This document shows, in pieces, positions 24,440 through 38,094 of a DNA stretch of 64,000 nucleotides. The DNA is from Vermamoeba vermiformis (Eukaryota), in NCBI GenBank assembly GCA_045837725.1, contig JBEWZL010000198.1, positions 124,001 to 188,000 of the forward strand. The letters run 5' to 3'. Under the pieces are notes generated by a model. It did not search any database. It saw nothing but the letters and a program-made list of their open reading frames with translations, and was not told where the DNA came from. The first letter of the stretch is position 1, and each line of letters opens with the position of its first letter. The position numbers and the translations under genes were made by a program.

Positions 24440-27400
24440 ATGGAAAAAGAGCCCGAAGATAACGAGTCAGATTCATTGCCGTTGGGTACCAAATCTGTAC
24501 CAACCTCTCCGCGAGTTGATATCTTACGAGCAGAAGCAAGTGGAAAAATTGATGAAAATAATTCAAATATTTGGAGAAAAATAGTCCCTTCTGAAATGAG
24601 CAGATCGGCAGAATCTGAAAGCAAGTTTGGTACAGATTCGGATGCAGTCCCAGGAAAACCCAGACCAGCCTTTAGAAAAATTGCTAGCAGTGGGTCATTA
24701 AATAATAGAAGTTTGAAACGACGAAGTTCTTTTGGCGGATCAATTGGCGAGTACAGAAACCCCGATCAACCCGCTAATTCTAAATCACCAACACGTAAAC
24801 CCTCCAAACCGTTATCAATTCATAAGCATCGTTCAAGCAAGCAAGAAGAGCGTTATAGATCATCCACAAACGCTCCGCAAGCGGTTAAAAGCAGCACGAG
24901 CCCCATCCGAAAACCAAGCTTGCTTCGTCTTCGACGAAAAAGTAATGAAAACGATGGAAATAATGTAAATATACTAAACGCATCACCTCCTACCCCGAGA
25001 AATGAACAAGAACCTTCGGTCGTTTCCCCAAGACCAAAACTCAGTATTTCCGTCCCAGAAGCAGCTGTTTTGGAAACTTCCGAAGAATATAGCTTGGAAA
25101 TGAGATCCGTTGGTAAGATATTACCTAAAATAATGCAAATTACCAACCGTCAAATCTTTCGAATCACTTTGACGCGAGGTAAAAATTAGTTTCGCCTTCA
25201 AATCATTATTTATGTAAATATAAATATGAGTAGCAATAATATACCAAGGTTATCCGTAACCGATAGTGATTTTTTCGATTCGGAAAGCTTAAACCGAGAT
25301 CTAGGTTTGTTTCAATTTCAATAACAGGATGTGCTTAAACTAAATTTATTTAATAATACCACTCACATAGCCGATTTTATTAATATTGTTTTATTCAAAG
25401 TAACACGTACGCGGTGCAAATAAAAATATTAATTTTTTTTTTAGAATTTAAATTTGACGAGGAAGAAGACGAGAACCAAGAAGGCAATATATTTACAGCC
25501 AACGAAAAGGGATTCAGTGAATGGCTGGAAAAACGAGAATTTAGCGACGTCATTCTAATTACGCCAAAAAACCGCGAATATTATTGTCACAAAATTATTC
25601 TGGCTTATTGCTCGGAGTATTTTCATGATTTATTTGTCAATCAAAGCGCAATATCAAACGAAAATAATTCAAATAATTCCAACCAAAAGACAATTAAAGC
25701 ATCCAGTAAGTCCCCGCCAGATTTTTTCAGACAATTAAAATAATACTAATTTTATTATTATGCACATATTAGGTAAAAATTTTGATTTGGATTCGGCGCT
25801 GGAATCATCAGATAGCGAAGACTCTCAACCTTTATCAAATAATTCAAATGCCAAAGACTCCATTTCATCAATAGAAGCATACAATAATAATAATTCGTTG
25901 CCTATTCTTCCAACTTTGGCATTACAATCGGTGCAGTCCATGGCAAAATCATCGGATGAAATTTCAGCCCCGTTAACTCCGACGGGCACAACTAGCTCAA
26001 GTTTATCAAATACCACGGATTCAATCGAAAAGAAACGAAAACCAAAATCAAGCAGCTTTATTAAGAGTCCTAGAGCTGATTCAAAAGATTTAAATGTAGA
26101 AAATAGAAGCGTTAGTCCGAAGAAACGAAGTCCGAGGAAAGAGTTGAAAGAAAGCAAAGACGGTGCTATTAAAGAAAAAGAGAAAGAAAAATCAAAAGAA
26201 AAACGAGATAAAGATAAAAAAGAAAAGCGAGATAAACGAGATAAAGAACCGAGGACACCGAGGAGATCTGCGCCCTTGAGCACGAGCCCAAATCAATTAG
26301 AAAGCTTAATGAACCCTTCTAAGGATATGAAGCCGGAGCCTATTGACGAATCCACAGAACGAAGTGAAGAAATTCTAAGGTAAGTGCGAGATCTACTGTC
26401 AAAATTTCACGGATCCACCAAGATATTTTTGCTAATTTTTTCAACTACTCCTTAGGCTAAATATCGATTTTGACGGCGACGAATCGAATTTTGATGCGTT
26501 TATTATGTGGATGTATAAAGGTGCATTGGATCTGAACATCGTGAACTGCATCCCGTTGTTGGTCTTGGCGCAACGATTCAAAGTTTTGACTCTTTTATCA
26601 AAAGTTAGAACATACATAAGGTAATATCAAAACATACGATTATAACGCTTATTATTAACGTTATGTTTAGGTCAAACTTGCAACGCGATACGGTGTTGAA
26701 ATTTTTATCGGAGGCTGTCAAGTATGGCACACCAGCTGAAGGAATTTTGAAGCGATGTATTGACGTCATTGCACGAAATTTCTGTCACTTGCGAGCACCG
26801 AACTTCAACGACATCGCGTTCGAAATTTTCAGCAAAATTTTGAGTCACCACAAACTTGCGATCAGGCAAGAATTTCAACTGTACAAAATCATCTGTGACT
26901 ATCTGAAGGCTCATCAAGACTTGAATACAGAAGTAGGTCCCGGCCTTAATACAATCATATAGTAACTAATCGATTGCCTTATTTAGCAAATATACAAACT
27001 GATGTCAAATGTGCGGTTCAGATGGCTCACTTTTTCAGAATTCGAAGAAGTCTCAGATAATCCTATCGTGCCCAAATCGTTAATTATTGAAGCTGCCATG
27101 GCTCGATTAATGAATTTTGAATGTTCTGCGCCAGAAATTGAAAAAAGAATTTCATCGTTGCCGCCGAGGTTACAACCAAGACCTAAATTCAGCATGGTGT
27201 TTGAATACTCTAAGGATAACACCGAGCTATTTAAAGGCATCGTAGGATTCTTAGCCACAACTGATATTTCAAGCGACACTGGTCTACCTGTATTTAAAAA
27301 TCCTCATAAGGCCGGTAGAGTAAGTCACATCCGGATCTTGATCCAGTCCAAACAAACTCCTAAAGAACTCATAATACTATTAGGTTAAAGTACATAGCTC

Positions 27401-27857
27401 TTCGCTAGCAAAAGGCTCCAGATTTACATTAGTGGATATGAATCCGGCGGATGTATGGACAAATGACGTTCCGTCTTCATGGTTCTCAATCGATTTTGGG
27501 CCTCATAGACATATATGCTTGACATACTATAGTCTGAGGCACGGAGGAAACTATAAAGCGGACTCACTAAGAACATGGGACTTGCAAGTAAGATCCGAAT
27601 CGGCTGCGCTACATCCGGTTCAAAATTGACGTTAAATTTGTTAGGGATCAATGGACGGTATTCAATGGAAGACGCTTAAGAGGCATAATAACGATAAGTC
27701 GCTAAATGGACCTTACGCAATGCATTCATGGCCAGTACAAACGACAGAATCGTATCGATTTTTCAGGATCCTGCAGACAGGTCATAATAGCTCTAATCAT
27801 AACTTTTTAGTCTTATCAGGCTTTGAATTTTATGGAATGTTGTATGATAATGCTTAA
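24440..27857 (+). CDS. BTB-BACK protein with C-terminal galactose-binding/discoidin-like domain
   Basis: FSDVILI..YCHKIILAYCSEYF; F..FIMWMYKG; BACK-like VIARNF..VRFRWL; WFSIDFG..YYSLRHG..LRTWDLQGS.DG..W..L..H..YRFFRILQTG..LSGFEFYG. Exon structure near 25110-25440 is ambiguous. Confidence 0.8.
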
Positions 27858-28036
27858 ATTTTTCAAGTTCACCTTGGATCCACGACCCAAATTTTTCATT
27901 TCTTACGGTTTTCTCTAAACTGACAGATCTGCAAAGCAAAATTTTATCTGTCAACCAAAATTTTTTGTTATTTTAATTACATTTTCACTATACAATACAA
28001 CATCTATTGAGTTTAAAGGTTCGGAACTGTTGCAAC

Positions 28037-29118
28037 ATGGAACGAAAATTGAAAGAGACAAAGGATCGGCTTCTTCTGGAATGCGAGATGTCTAAGGTAA
28101 GTCTCTTATATAACATATATAATAGCATACTATAAAAAACTTTATTACTACTGTAATTGAGAACAAAGTTTGACGAGCGATCTGATCTGCAAATTTTTTT
28201 AGGGCTTGACGCAAGCTGAGCTTCAAATAGCAATGCCGCATACATCCGTCGATGAAATAGTGTTTGCTATTAATCAGTTATTACAAGAGAACAAATTAAA
28301 GCTTGTTACAAAGTTCAACCGAGATCTATTACAAAACGGTGGATTTGGCAGAGCACGAAAAGTACGCACGCAACACATTCCGTATTATAATCGATAATTA
28401 CATTATCTATAGGTTGAAGAGTTTGGAGCCTAAGCACTTGGTTGTTTATCGGTTGATAGAACAAGAAGGAGCAAACGGGATTTGGAGCAAAATCTTGCGA
28501 GATAGAAGCTACATTGCAAAAGCCGAGTTTCCAAAGGTCATCAAAGTGCTAGAGAAGAAGAAATTAATTAAGAGGTTTAAGTCTGTCACGGCCAAGAACA
28601 AAGTTTTTTTCATCGTCGCGAATCTCGATCCAAACACGCAACACACTGGCGGAATTTTCTTCGATGCATCGACCCTCGACCTTGACTTAGAATTTATTAA
28701 CGTAGTCTCTAACCATTGCTACCACTTTATTCTGCAACGAGGATCTGCTACTGTAGCGGATGTGACTGAACACATTGCTACAAGCGGGATCGCGCACGTA
28801 GAAATTACAAAAGATGATATTCAGAAGCTATTATATACGCTGGATCTCGACGCCAAGATTGAGTCGTTTATTCCAACAGGCATAATTAAGAACCAATTTT
28901 TCTTAGGCAATACTGAAGTTCATTACCGACCGACAAGATTGAAGTTAAAGGCCAACGGACTTACAAATACTCCTTGCAGCACATGCCCAGTACGTACAAT
29001 ACTATATACTATTATCAGGCTCCTAATTGAAATTGGTCAGGTGTTTGATCTGTGTTATCCGGATGGGCCTATTAATCCGAGAAATTGTGTTTATTTAGAA
29101 GAATGGTTATCGTTTTAA
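28037..29118 (+). CDS. POLR3F: RNA polymerase III subunit RPC6/Rpc34; +1 insertion at 28302/28303
   Basis: VYRLIEQEGANGIW..LEKKKLIKRFKSV..P..HTGG.F; C-terminal Fe-S motif PCSTCPVFDLC..INPRNCVYLEEWL. Confidence 0.93.
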
Positions 29119-29137
29119 TTAAATAATTATTATAATA

Positions 29138-31987
29138 TTACAATAATGGTGCTACAATTAAAGCAAAAATCATGCTAGCAAAAGGCAGTCTAGCCGCTGA
29201 ACTGTTCAAGATCGTTTGTTGAACCGGTGGCGAGCTCGAAATTGAAATTGGCTTAGCGGGCTGTCCTCTCGTTTCAATAACACTAGGTGTAATGTCCTTG
29301 ATCACTGGATTGATTTCTTCAAGTCCTTTTGTCAGACCCGAGTCAAGTTCTGTCTTTCGACTTCTGGATGTCGCTCAACAAGTCCCTGTTAAACGTAAGA
29401 AATCACGTTGTAAGTATCATATTTAATATCGCCTTACTTAATAACTTGATCTGACGGCTGTTCTGTAGAGTTGGGAGCACCACCGATAGTGACGATAATA
29501 AGGTAAGTATTGAGACCTTGTGAGTTAGTAGAGACCAATGTATACTCAGCACTCAATCGATACTCGCTAATGTTGTACTTGGATGCGATATTTTGCAACA
29601 GCTTCTGAACCAGGACATCAGTCAAGTTGCCGAAAGTTGACAGTGTCAAGTCGACGCTCAGACCTGCAACAATATTAGCGTTAGTAGAATAGGTAATTTG
29701 ACTGTCAAAGTAACATTCAGATCTGAAACGAGCGTTAGAGGAGTTATTAACTCAATCAGTGCTTATGATACGTACTCTTTGGACATTGTAATAACGAAGG
29801 ATTTGTCAAATCAACAGTGAGATTGTACGAGCTGAGAATCCATGTGATCGATTGAGTGTCATTTGTCACCTCCGTAGAATAAGGCGATACTGGATATGTC
29901 AGCGATTGACCTGCCACAAACAGTGTAGGTCTGTCCCTCTATTGTATTATGACATTAGATCGGGTATTAATATCGTTCTGAAGGGAAAACATACGCCCAA
30001 AGTAGCAGGTGTGAACGAGTTCAATCCTCCGTATTCGATTGTCTCATCAAATCCATCGTTGTTGATAAAGCTAAAATGAAGCAATAGACCATTGGGAGTA
30101 GTCTCAAGGCAATCAAATTGTGGCTTGACATTTGGCACGAACTCTTTCGGAATCAACTGACATCCTTGAGCACGAGGACTCATCGGTTTGTATCCTGGTG
30201 CACATTTACAGTTAACGCAACCCGTACCCGAGTCGCAGTCCTCATATCCAGTCGCGATTCCGTTGTTGCATTCTGCCATTTACGTCACTCGATTTCTCAA
30301 AAAATGACACTTTTTGACACTTACGATCAAGACAAGTTCCATTCACTGCAACTGTTCCGAATTGACACTTGCACTGATATATACATCCTAATGAGCCATC
30401 GCATTCTTCGTTCAAATCAAGTACTCCATTGCCACAGAATGTGATTTTTCGAGACATGACTTGAGTGCCTGTCACATCCTTTGCAACAACGATGATATCA
30501 GATCCAATGGTGCTTGCCATCGACACTGACATTGTCGTACTTGGTGCTGCAATGCATCGTCAGGAGGTTTCGTCCACTCATTTGGTGTTACTTACCATCG
30601 TGAGTTACTTCGGGACCGATTAAAACTGCTGTAGTTTGAGACAACTTCACCATTTGATCTGAGCGAAAGATCGATCAGCATAACTCTTTTTCGTTAGGCG
30701 TTAAATACTTACAGCTAATGCGCTTGTCCGTTTTGCTGTACGCTACCAAGACAACATTGCTTCCTAACTGAAGAACAGAGGGTGCGAAGTTAGGGTCTGC
30801 ATTGCTGGTCATGTCAAGTTGGTACAACGGCAGTAAGCCAGGGCCAAAAGTAACTATTAATATTGATCTGTTAGCATAGCACTCGTTCGACAGTTTCTTA
30901 CTTACTTAGTTGGATCCGGCCATCAGAAGTAACAAACAGACCACCAACAATATTCAAATCGTCCATAACGAAAGGAACACCGTTTGTCACGTTTTTTACG
31001 CTGCCTAAAGTGAAGTCTGAGGCGTTCACAGTGGTTGCTTGAATCCGGTATTGGTCAAATTGAAATGTCGCCAAAGTGTAGATGATTGGATAACCACCAA
31101 CTAATTTCCGACCGACTGCCGAGTGAATAGACAATACCTATACTCTATTTAGCCTATTGTGAGATTTAAATTTAACGTACGAGTGAAAATGCGGGATCGC
31201 TAACGAGTGTTCCCGAAACTGGATTGTGATACAAGAAAAGAGAGACTGAATCGCTAGATAATCCAATGGCGTAGTGGAGCCAACTTGAGCCAACAATGTC
31301 GATGTAATCAGACTTAAAAGCAAGGATTAGAAAAAATTTGCATCGCGATCTGAAATTTCAGTCGTCATTTTTGGGGTCCCCAAGCCTGTATTTGGCGAAA
31401 ACACTCACCGAGTTCCAATTTCCAAAGTCTGAAGAATAAAATGCGACGGATGCGATGGTACCGGTTTCCTGCATTGAGGCTCCCGTGCATTTGATAATTC
31501 CGGTGGTTTCCCAGACAGCGTATGCACTATAGCTCTAAATTAGACATTGGACGGAGGTAACATTTATCATTAACTTACGTGTCATCGGGAAAAACGACGA
31601 TATTTTGGGCTGTCAGAGGACCCAAATCCGAATAATCGCCCGCTGGGATTAAAGGTGATTCCTTTTCGAATGTATCGTATGGCATCGCTGTAGTTGCATT
31701 AATTCTTAGTATTCGAGTGCCGCTCATATTGTTCGGAGCTGCATAACCGTAGATGATTGCGTAATTTCCGCTCTTGAACGACGCAACGCGAGGATAAGAG
31801 TAGCCTTCTGTAGTAGCATCACTACTGATGACTTGCCAATCTGTCTTGCGTAATGGCTGCGCAGTTACTAATAAGGAGGGGAGTCAGTCGATAACGGATT
31901 CAAATCCACCGCTACTTCGATGTCGAACTTACCGTTGGCGACGATACAGAACAGCGTCACCACTGAGATAAAATGTATGACGTGCAT
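29138..31987 (-). CDS. Cys-rich, probably GPI-anchored surface protein, copy 1; +1 insertion at 29351/29352
   Basis: Signal peptide, YSYPRVASFKSG domain, CGNGVLDLNEECDG and CNNG..EDCDSG repeats, hydrophobic C-terminus SSAARLPFASMIFALIVAPLL. Confidence 0.75.
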
Positions 31988-32239
31988 TTTACGTGTGGTA
32001 TGATGATATTAGGGCGTAAAAAATGATACTTGTCTGTCAAAAACAAATGTTGTAGATCGAACCTTTAGTCCCGAATTTCGTCCCAAACACGCAAAATAAA
32101 TAAATTATATCTTCGTCACGCGCTTTCAGCTTTGTGAAACAACCGTAAATGTGCCAGTATTTAGATCTCGACAGCGAGATAAAAAGATAAACAAATGTGA
32201 TGCATTTCCGGTGTAAATTAAACGATATGGGTTTAAATA

Positions 32240-35036
32240 TTATAATACAGTAAGAGATGCAATCATAAGCGAATAAATGACTGCTAATTGAATACAAACA
32301 GCTGAAGATCCGCTCATCTGCTCCATGCCTAGGAGTACCCGTGGGCGTAAAAACAGAAATTGGAGTGCTCGTACCTCGCGACTCGATGATACTTGGAGTG
32401 ACTGACTTGATCACTGGATTGACCTCTTCAAGTCCTTTTGTCAGATCCGAATCAAATTCGTCTTTCGACTTCTGGATGTCGTCTAGTAGATCTCTGAAAC
32501 ACAAGCACCAATTAGAAATTGAAACAGAATAAAAAACCTATCTCCAAACGTACTTGACCACGTTTACTGATGACTCTTCTGACGAAGTAGAGGCGTTGAC
32601 GGTGACGATAATAAGGTAAGTACTGAGACCTTGTGAGTTAGTAGAGACCAACGTATACTCAGCACTCAATCGAGACTCGCTAATGTTGTACTTGGATGCG
32701 ATGTTTTGCAACAGCTTTTGAACCAGGGCATCAGTCAAGTTGCCGAAAGTTGACAGTGTCAAGTCGACACTCAGACCTGGAACAACATTAGCGTTTATAG
32801 AATAGGCGATATAACTTACTCTTAGGGCACTCTAACGATGGCTTGGTCAGATCAACAGTGAGATTGTAAGAACTGAGAATCCAGGTGATCGATCGAGTGT
32901 CATTTGTCACCTCTGTAGAATAAGGTGATACTGGATATGTCAGCGATTGACCTGCCACAAACAGTGTAGGTCTGTCCTTCTATAGAATTATGATATTAGA
33001 TCACGTATTAACGATTGTTCTTAAATAATAACATACGCCCAAAGAGGTGGGTGTGAACGAGTTCAATCCTCCATATTGGATCGTCTCATCAAATCCATCG
33101 TTGTTGATAAAGCTAAAGTGAAGCAAAAGACCAGCTGTAGTAGTCTCGAGGCAATCAAATTGAGGTTTGACATTCGGCACGAATTCTTTTGGAATCAACT
33201 GACATCCTTGAGAACGAGGACTCATCGGTTTGTATCCTGGTGCACATTTACAGTCAACACAACCGGTACCTGAGTCACAGTCCTCGTATCCAGTCACGAT
33301 TCCATTGTTGACACTCTGTCATTCATGTCAGTCTATTTCTCAAAAAATGACACTTTTTGACACTTACGATCAACACATGTTCCATTCACTGCAACTGTTC
33401 CGAATTGACATTTGCAATGATCGATACATCCTAATGAGCCATCACACTCTTCTTTGAGATCAAGTGCGCCATTGCCACAGAAAGTGATTGTTCGAGACAT
33501 GATCTGAGTGCCTGTCACGTCCTTTGCAACAACGATGATATCCGATCCAATGGTGCTTGCCATCGACACTGACATTGTTGTACTTGGCGCTATGACAGTC
33601 GTTAGAATAACTGCAAATGATCATTGGCTTTACGTACCATCGTGAGTTACTTCGGGACCGACCAGAACTGCTGTCGTTCGAGATAACTTCACCATTTGGT
33701 CTAAACGAACCAAAATTAGTACTTGAGCTCTTTGCACGCCATTTCCTCACTTACAGTTAATGCGATTGTAAGACGTACTGAAAGCCACCAAAACTACGTT
33801 GTTACTCAATTGAAGAACAGAGGGTGAGAAATTGCTATCAGCGTAGCGAGTAACATTGATTTGATACAATGCAGATACTGCAATTGTATCAAAGGCCACT
33901 ATATGAAATACTTTAATGAGGAATGACCAAAACATATAAATTTAAAAACGCTTACGGAGTTGGATCCTGCCGTCAGAAGTAACAAACAGGCCAGCAACTA
34001 TATCCAGATCGTCCAAGACGAAAGGAATTGCCTTCGTGGCATTGATAACAGTATCGTCATAATTAAGTGTTGCGCCGACATTGAGCGATTGGAGTGTGAA
34101 GTAGCCTCCTTGGCTCGAATACACAACAAACGAAAAGATTGTAGGATAGCCCGAATAAAGTTTCCGAGTGACTGCCGAATGAATGGTTGTGCCCTGTAGC
34201 ATAAATTAGCTTAAAACAGGGCAGATCACGGAAAGAACTTACCGATCCGAAAGAGCTTGGAAGTACTTGGGTCGTAACGTCCGGATTCTTGTATAAGAAG
34301 TTAGAAACATCCGTATCGCCTGAGTACCCAATGGCATAGTGGGACCAACTTGAACCAGCGATGTCTAAGTAATCAGTCTAAAAAAGGAAAGTTACAAATA
34401 TTGTAAATTTCTTCGGATGCGTTTAAGTAAACTTGAAGTTAAGGCATTTTAGAGATACTTACCGCATTCCAAACTCCAATATCCTGATAGATAATATTTG
34501 TCGAGGGCAGGAAATAAGTCTTCGGTAAAAGAAAAGCCTACACACTTAGCCAGTCCTTTCATTTGCCAGATTGCCAACGCACTGATTATAAACATTAGAA
34601 TATTATTATTCTTGCATAATTAAATGAAGCTATCTTACTTATCATCAGGAAATATGACTAAATTTTGAGCTGTCATAGGTCCCAAAAGGGGACCAACTTC
34701 TGCAACCGTTGAGTATTCCGCTTCGCTCACCGAATATATTGCCCCATTAGTAGCATTAACTAGTCGGACTTGGGTGACGCTCGTATAATTCGCCGCTGAG
34801 TAACCAAAGATGATTGCGTAATTTCCGCTCTTGAAAGATGCGACGCGAGGATAAGAGTAGCCATCTGTAGTAGCATTGCTATTGAGGATGACCCAATTTG
34901 TTTTGACTAAAGGAGGACCACTCGCTAGCCGAGGAGTCGACGGCAACTGAAGCAAATCTGCCGCTACGATCGGGAAAGTTCGCTGCAAAATGATGCAGAG
35001 CAAGACCACCAACAAGAAAAAGCTTCTTTGTTGCAT
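32240..35036 (-). CDS. Cys-rich surface protein, copy 2; +1 insertion at 32330/32331
   Basis: Same exon series as copies 1 and 3; the frame-corrected tail is MSGSSAVCIQLAVIYSLMIASLTVL. Confidence 0.75.
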
Positions 35037-35319
35037 GTGAGCTGTGGTTTTCGAAATCGGAAGTAAATTTAAATTACGAACGCAATTCGAAACATGTGAC
35101 ATTGACATCGAACCTGAAGTCCCAAATTGTCCCAAAAAAAGAGCTTTCGAAAAGTCGGATAGAAATTTCGCATATTGCTACTTATAAAGTATACTTAGAG
35201 GAGCACCACTCGTATTCATTGAGTAACGGTCAAGCCAAACGGCGGATCAAACGTAGTACTACGGATTCGTATAAAATGACCGAAAAGTGGACTCAAATTC
35301 CTTTCGAAATAACGTAAAT

Positions 35320-38094
35320 TTACATTATAAGTGCTAGAATAAGTAGATAAACTGCTAATCGAATACCAACAGCTGAAGCTTCGCTCATCTGGTCCGTACC
35401 TGTGACAGGAGTACCCGTGGGCGTAAAAACAGAAATTGGATTACTCGTACCTCGCGACTCGATGATACTTGGAGTGACTGACTTGATCACTGGATTAACT
35501 TCTTCAAGTCCTTCTGTCAGATCCGAATCAACTTCTTCTTTCGACTTGTGGATGTCGTTCAGTAGGGTCCTGTGATTTGCAATTTAAATTAGAAATTCAT
35601 CATTATGTATAGTAATGAAGACCTACGTGACAACATCCGTTGCTTGAGTCTCCGACGTATCAGACGCACTGACGGTAATTGTAATAACATAAGTATTGAT
35701 GCCTTGTGCATCCGTTGACAGCAAGGTGTATTCAGCACTCAATCGAGACTCGCTAATGTTGTACTTTGATGCGATGTTTTGCAACAGCCTCTGGACCAGG
35801 GCATCAGTCAAGTTGCCAAAAGTTGACAGTGTCAAGTCGACACTCAGATCTACAACAACAATGTTAGGTTTGATTAGTCTGCGCTATGATACCTTACTCT
35901 TAGGGCATTCCAATAAATAAGGATTTGTCAGATCAATAGTGAGATTATACTGGCCAAGAATCCACGTGATTGAGTTGGTGTCATTTGGAGCCAAAGCGGC
36001 AAAAACCCACGCAGGATAAGTAAGCGATTGACCAGCCGGAAAGAATTGAGGTACCGTCTATAATAATATCACGTTATTTTTGGCGTCAGAAAAGTATAAA
36101 CATCGCGGTAAACTTACGCCCAAACTGGCCGGTGTTAACGAGTTGAATTTTCCAGGAGGAATTGTCTGATCAAAGCCGTCCATATTGTTGAAGCTGAAAT
36201 AGAGCACGAGACCAAATGATTTAATGTCAAGGCAGTCCAAATTTGGCTTGACATTCGGCACGAATTCTTTCGGAATCAGCTGACAGCCTTGAGCACGTGG
36301 TGTCATTGGTTGATAGCCTGGGTCACATTTACAATTGGTGCAGTTTGCTCCCGAGTCGCACTCTTCAAAACCAGTCACAACTCCGTTGTTGCATTCTATC
36401 ACCCAGCGTTAGTAGATCTACAAAGTGACAGCTGTCAAAACAAACACTTACGATCATTACAGACGCCCGACAACCAGCTGCTATTTCCAGCAACTGTACC
36501 AACTGCACATTTACAGTCGGTATTGCAGTTAATCGAGCCATCGCATTCTTCGTTCAAATCAAGTGCTCCGTTGCCACAGAAAGTGATGGTTCGAGACATG
36601 ATCTGAGTGCCTGTCACGTCCTTTGCAACAACGATAAAGTCTGAGCCAGTGGTGTTTGCGATTGAAACTGACGTCGTGGTGCTTGGAGCTATGAGAGATC
36701 ATCGTTAGATTGAAATTTCGCGCCATTTATCCTGACGTACCATCGTGCGTTATCTGAGGACCAACAAGAATCGCTGTGGTTCTGAATAACCTCACCAATT
36801 GGTCTAGATTAAAGCGACGTTAGCGTATATGACCCTTGGCGTATCAGTATATTAGTACTTACAGTTAATGCGATTTGAAGTTGTGCTGAAAGCCACCAAC
36901 AAACCATTGCTGCCCATAAAATTGAAACTTGGTGCAAACTTAGTATCAGCATAGCGAGCCACGTCGATCTGGTACAGCGGTTGAAGTGTAGTACTATTGA
37001 ATGCGACTAAATATAAGTGAATATTAGTTAGTGTTCGGTGAATACGAATGAAAGTTCAGATCTCGTCTTACGAAGTTGGATCGTGCCATTAGAGCGAACA
37101 AAAAGGCCTGCAACGACTTCCAATGCATCTACAACGAATGGAACAGCATTCACCATGTCATTCGCGATACCTTGATAAGTGTTCGTGCCTCCAATGGCGC
37201 TGGTTGATGTGATCTCGTAAACCCGGTTAAGGCCAGACGGGTGAACAATAAAAGCATAAAACACTGGATAACCAAGAGTGCTACTGGAAGTCAAATGAAT
37301 GACCGTCGTGTCCTATTTCACGAAGTTAATGAACTAATTCGAATGGATCCAAAAAAAAAGACGAGTAACTTACTAATCCTCCCAAAGATTGGTCGAAATT
37401 AAAATTTGGACTTGGACTTCGAACCAAGAAGTTCGAAATATTAGTGACACCTGAATGTGAGAGGGCGTAGTAAGATTTACTTAGGCCAGTAATATCCAAG
37501 TAGTCGATCTAAAAAAAGACTGACGTTAGATCTTCGAGTTATCAACTTGATTTAACTCTATAGTTCGACTAAATATGTCACCTAATCATGACTTACCGAG
37601 TTCCAATGGCCTACAGCTGATTCATAGAGTATGTCGGTCGACATCAGACCAGCTTCAGGCGTAAAAGACATGCCCATGCACACAGCGCCTTCTCTCATTT
37701 GCCAAATTCCATATGCACTTAAGAATATGATTATTACATATTTATAATCATGATTGCTTTCTTACGTGCCGTCTGGAAAAACGAAAACATTCTGCGCTGT
37801 CATTGGTCCAACGAATGCCGAGCCAGCAGTGACCGTTGAATATTGCGCCTCGTATGTTGAAAATTTATCAGGACCAGCATAGACTCGTAATTGAGTGACG
37901 CTCGTATTGTTCGCCGCTGAGTAACCAAAGATGATGGCGTAAGTGCCGCTCTTGAAAGATGCAACGCGAGGATAAGAGTAGCCGTCAGTAGTAGCATTGC
38001 TATTGAGCACAATCCAGTCGGTTTTGCGCAAGGGCTGCGCATGAACTATAATTAAAAATATTAACAATGCATAAAGGTGGACCAGATGCACCAT
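35320..38094 (-). CDS. Cys-rich surface protein, copy 3
   Basis: MVHLVHLYALLIFLIIVHA signal peptide; same repeats; tail MSEASAVGIRLAVYLLILALIM. Confidence 0.78.

Noticed and set aside
25113-25303. Possible non-canonical GT-AC intron or hidden exon in the BTB gene
   Set aside because: A missing A in a homopolymer or direct splicing to 25445 explains it equally well; it cannot be resolved without cDNA.
28037-29118. Calling RPC34, the ABC transporter, the C45 hydrolase or kinase copy 1 pseudogenes
   Set aside because: Their lesions are single +1 bases with a shared allele-merge pattern and no other obvious decay.
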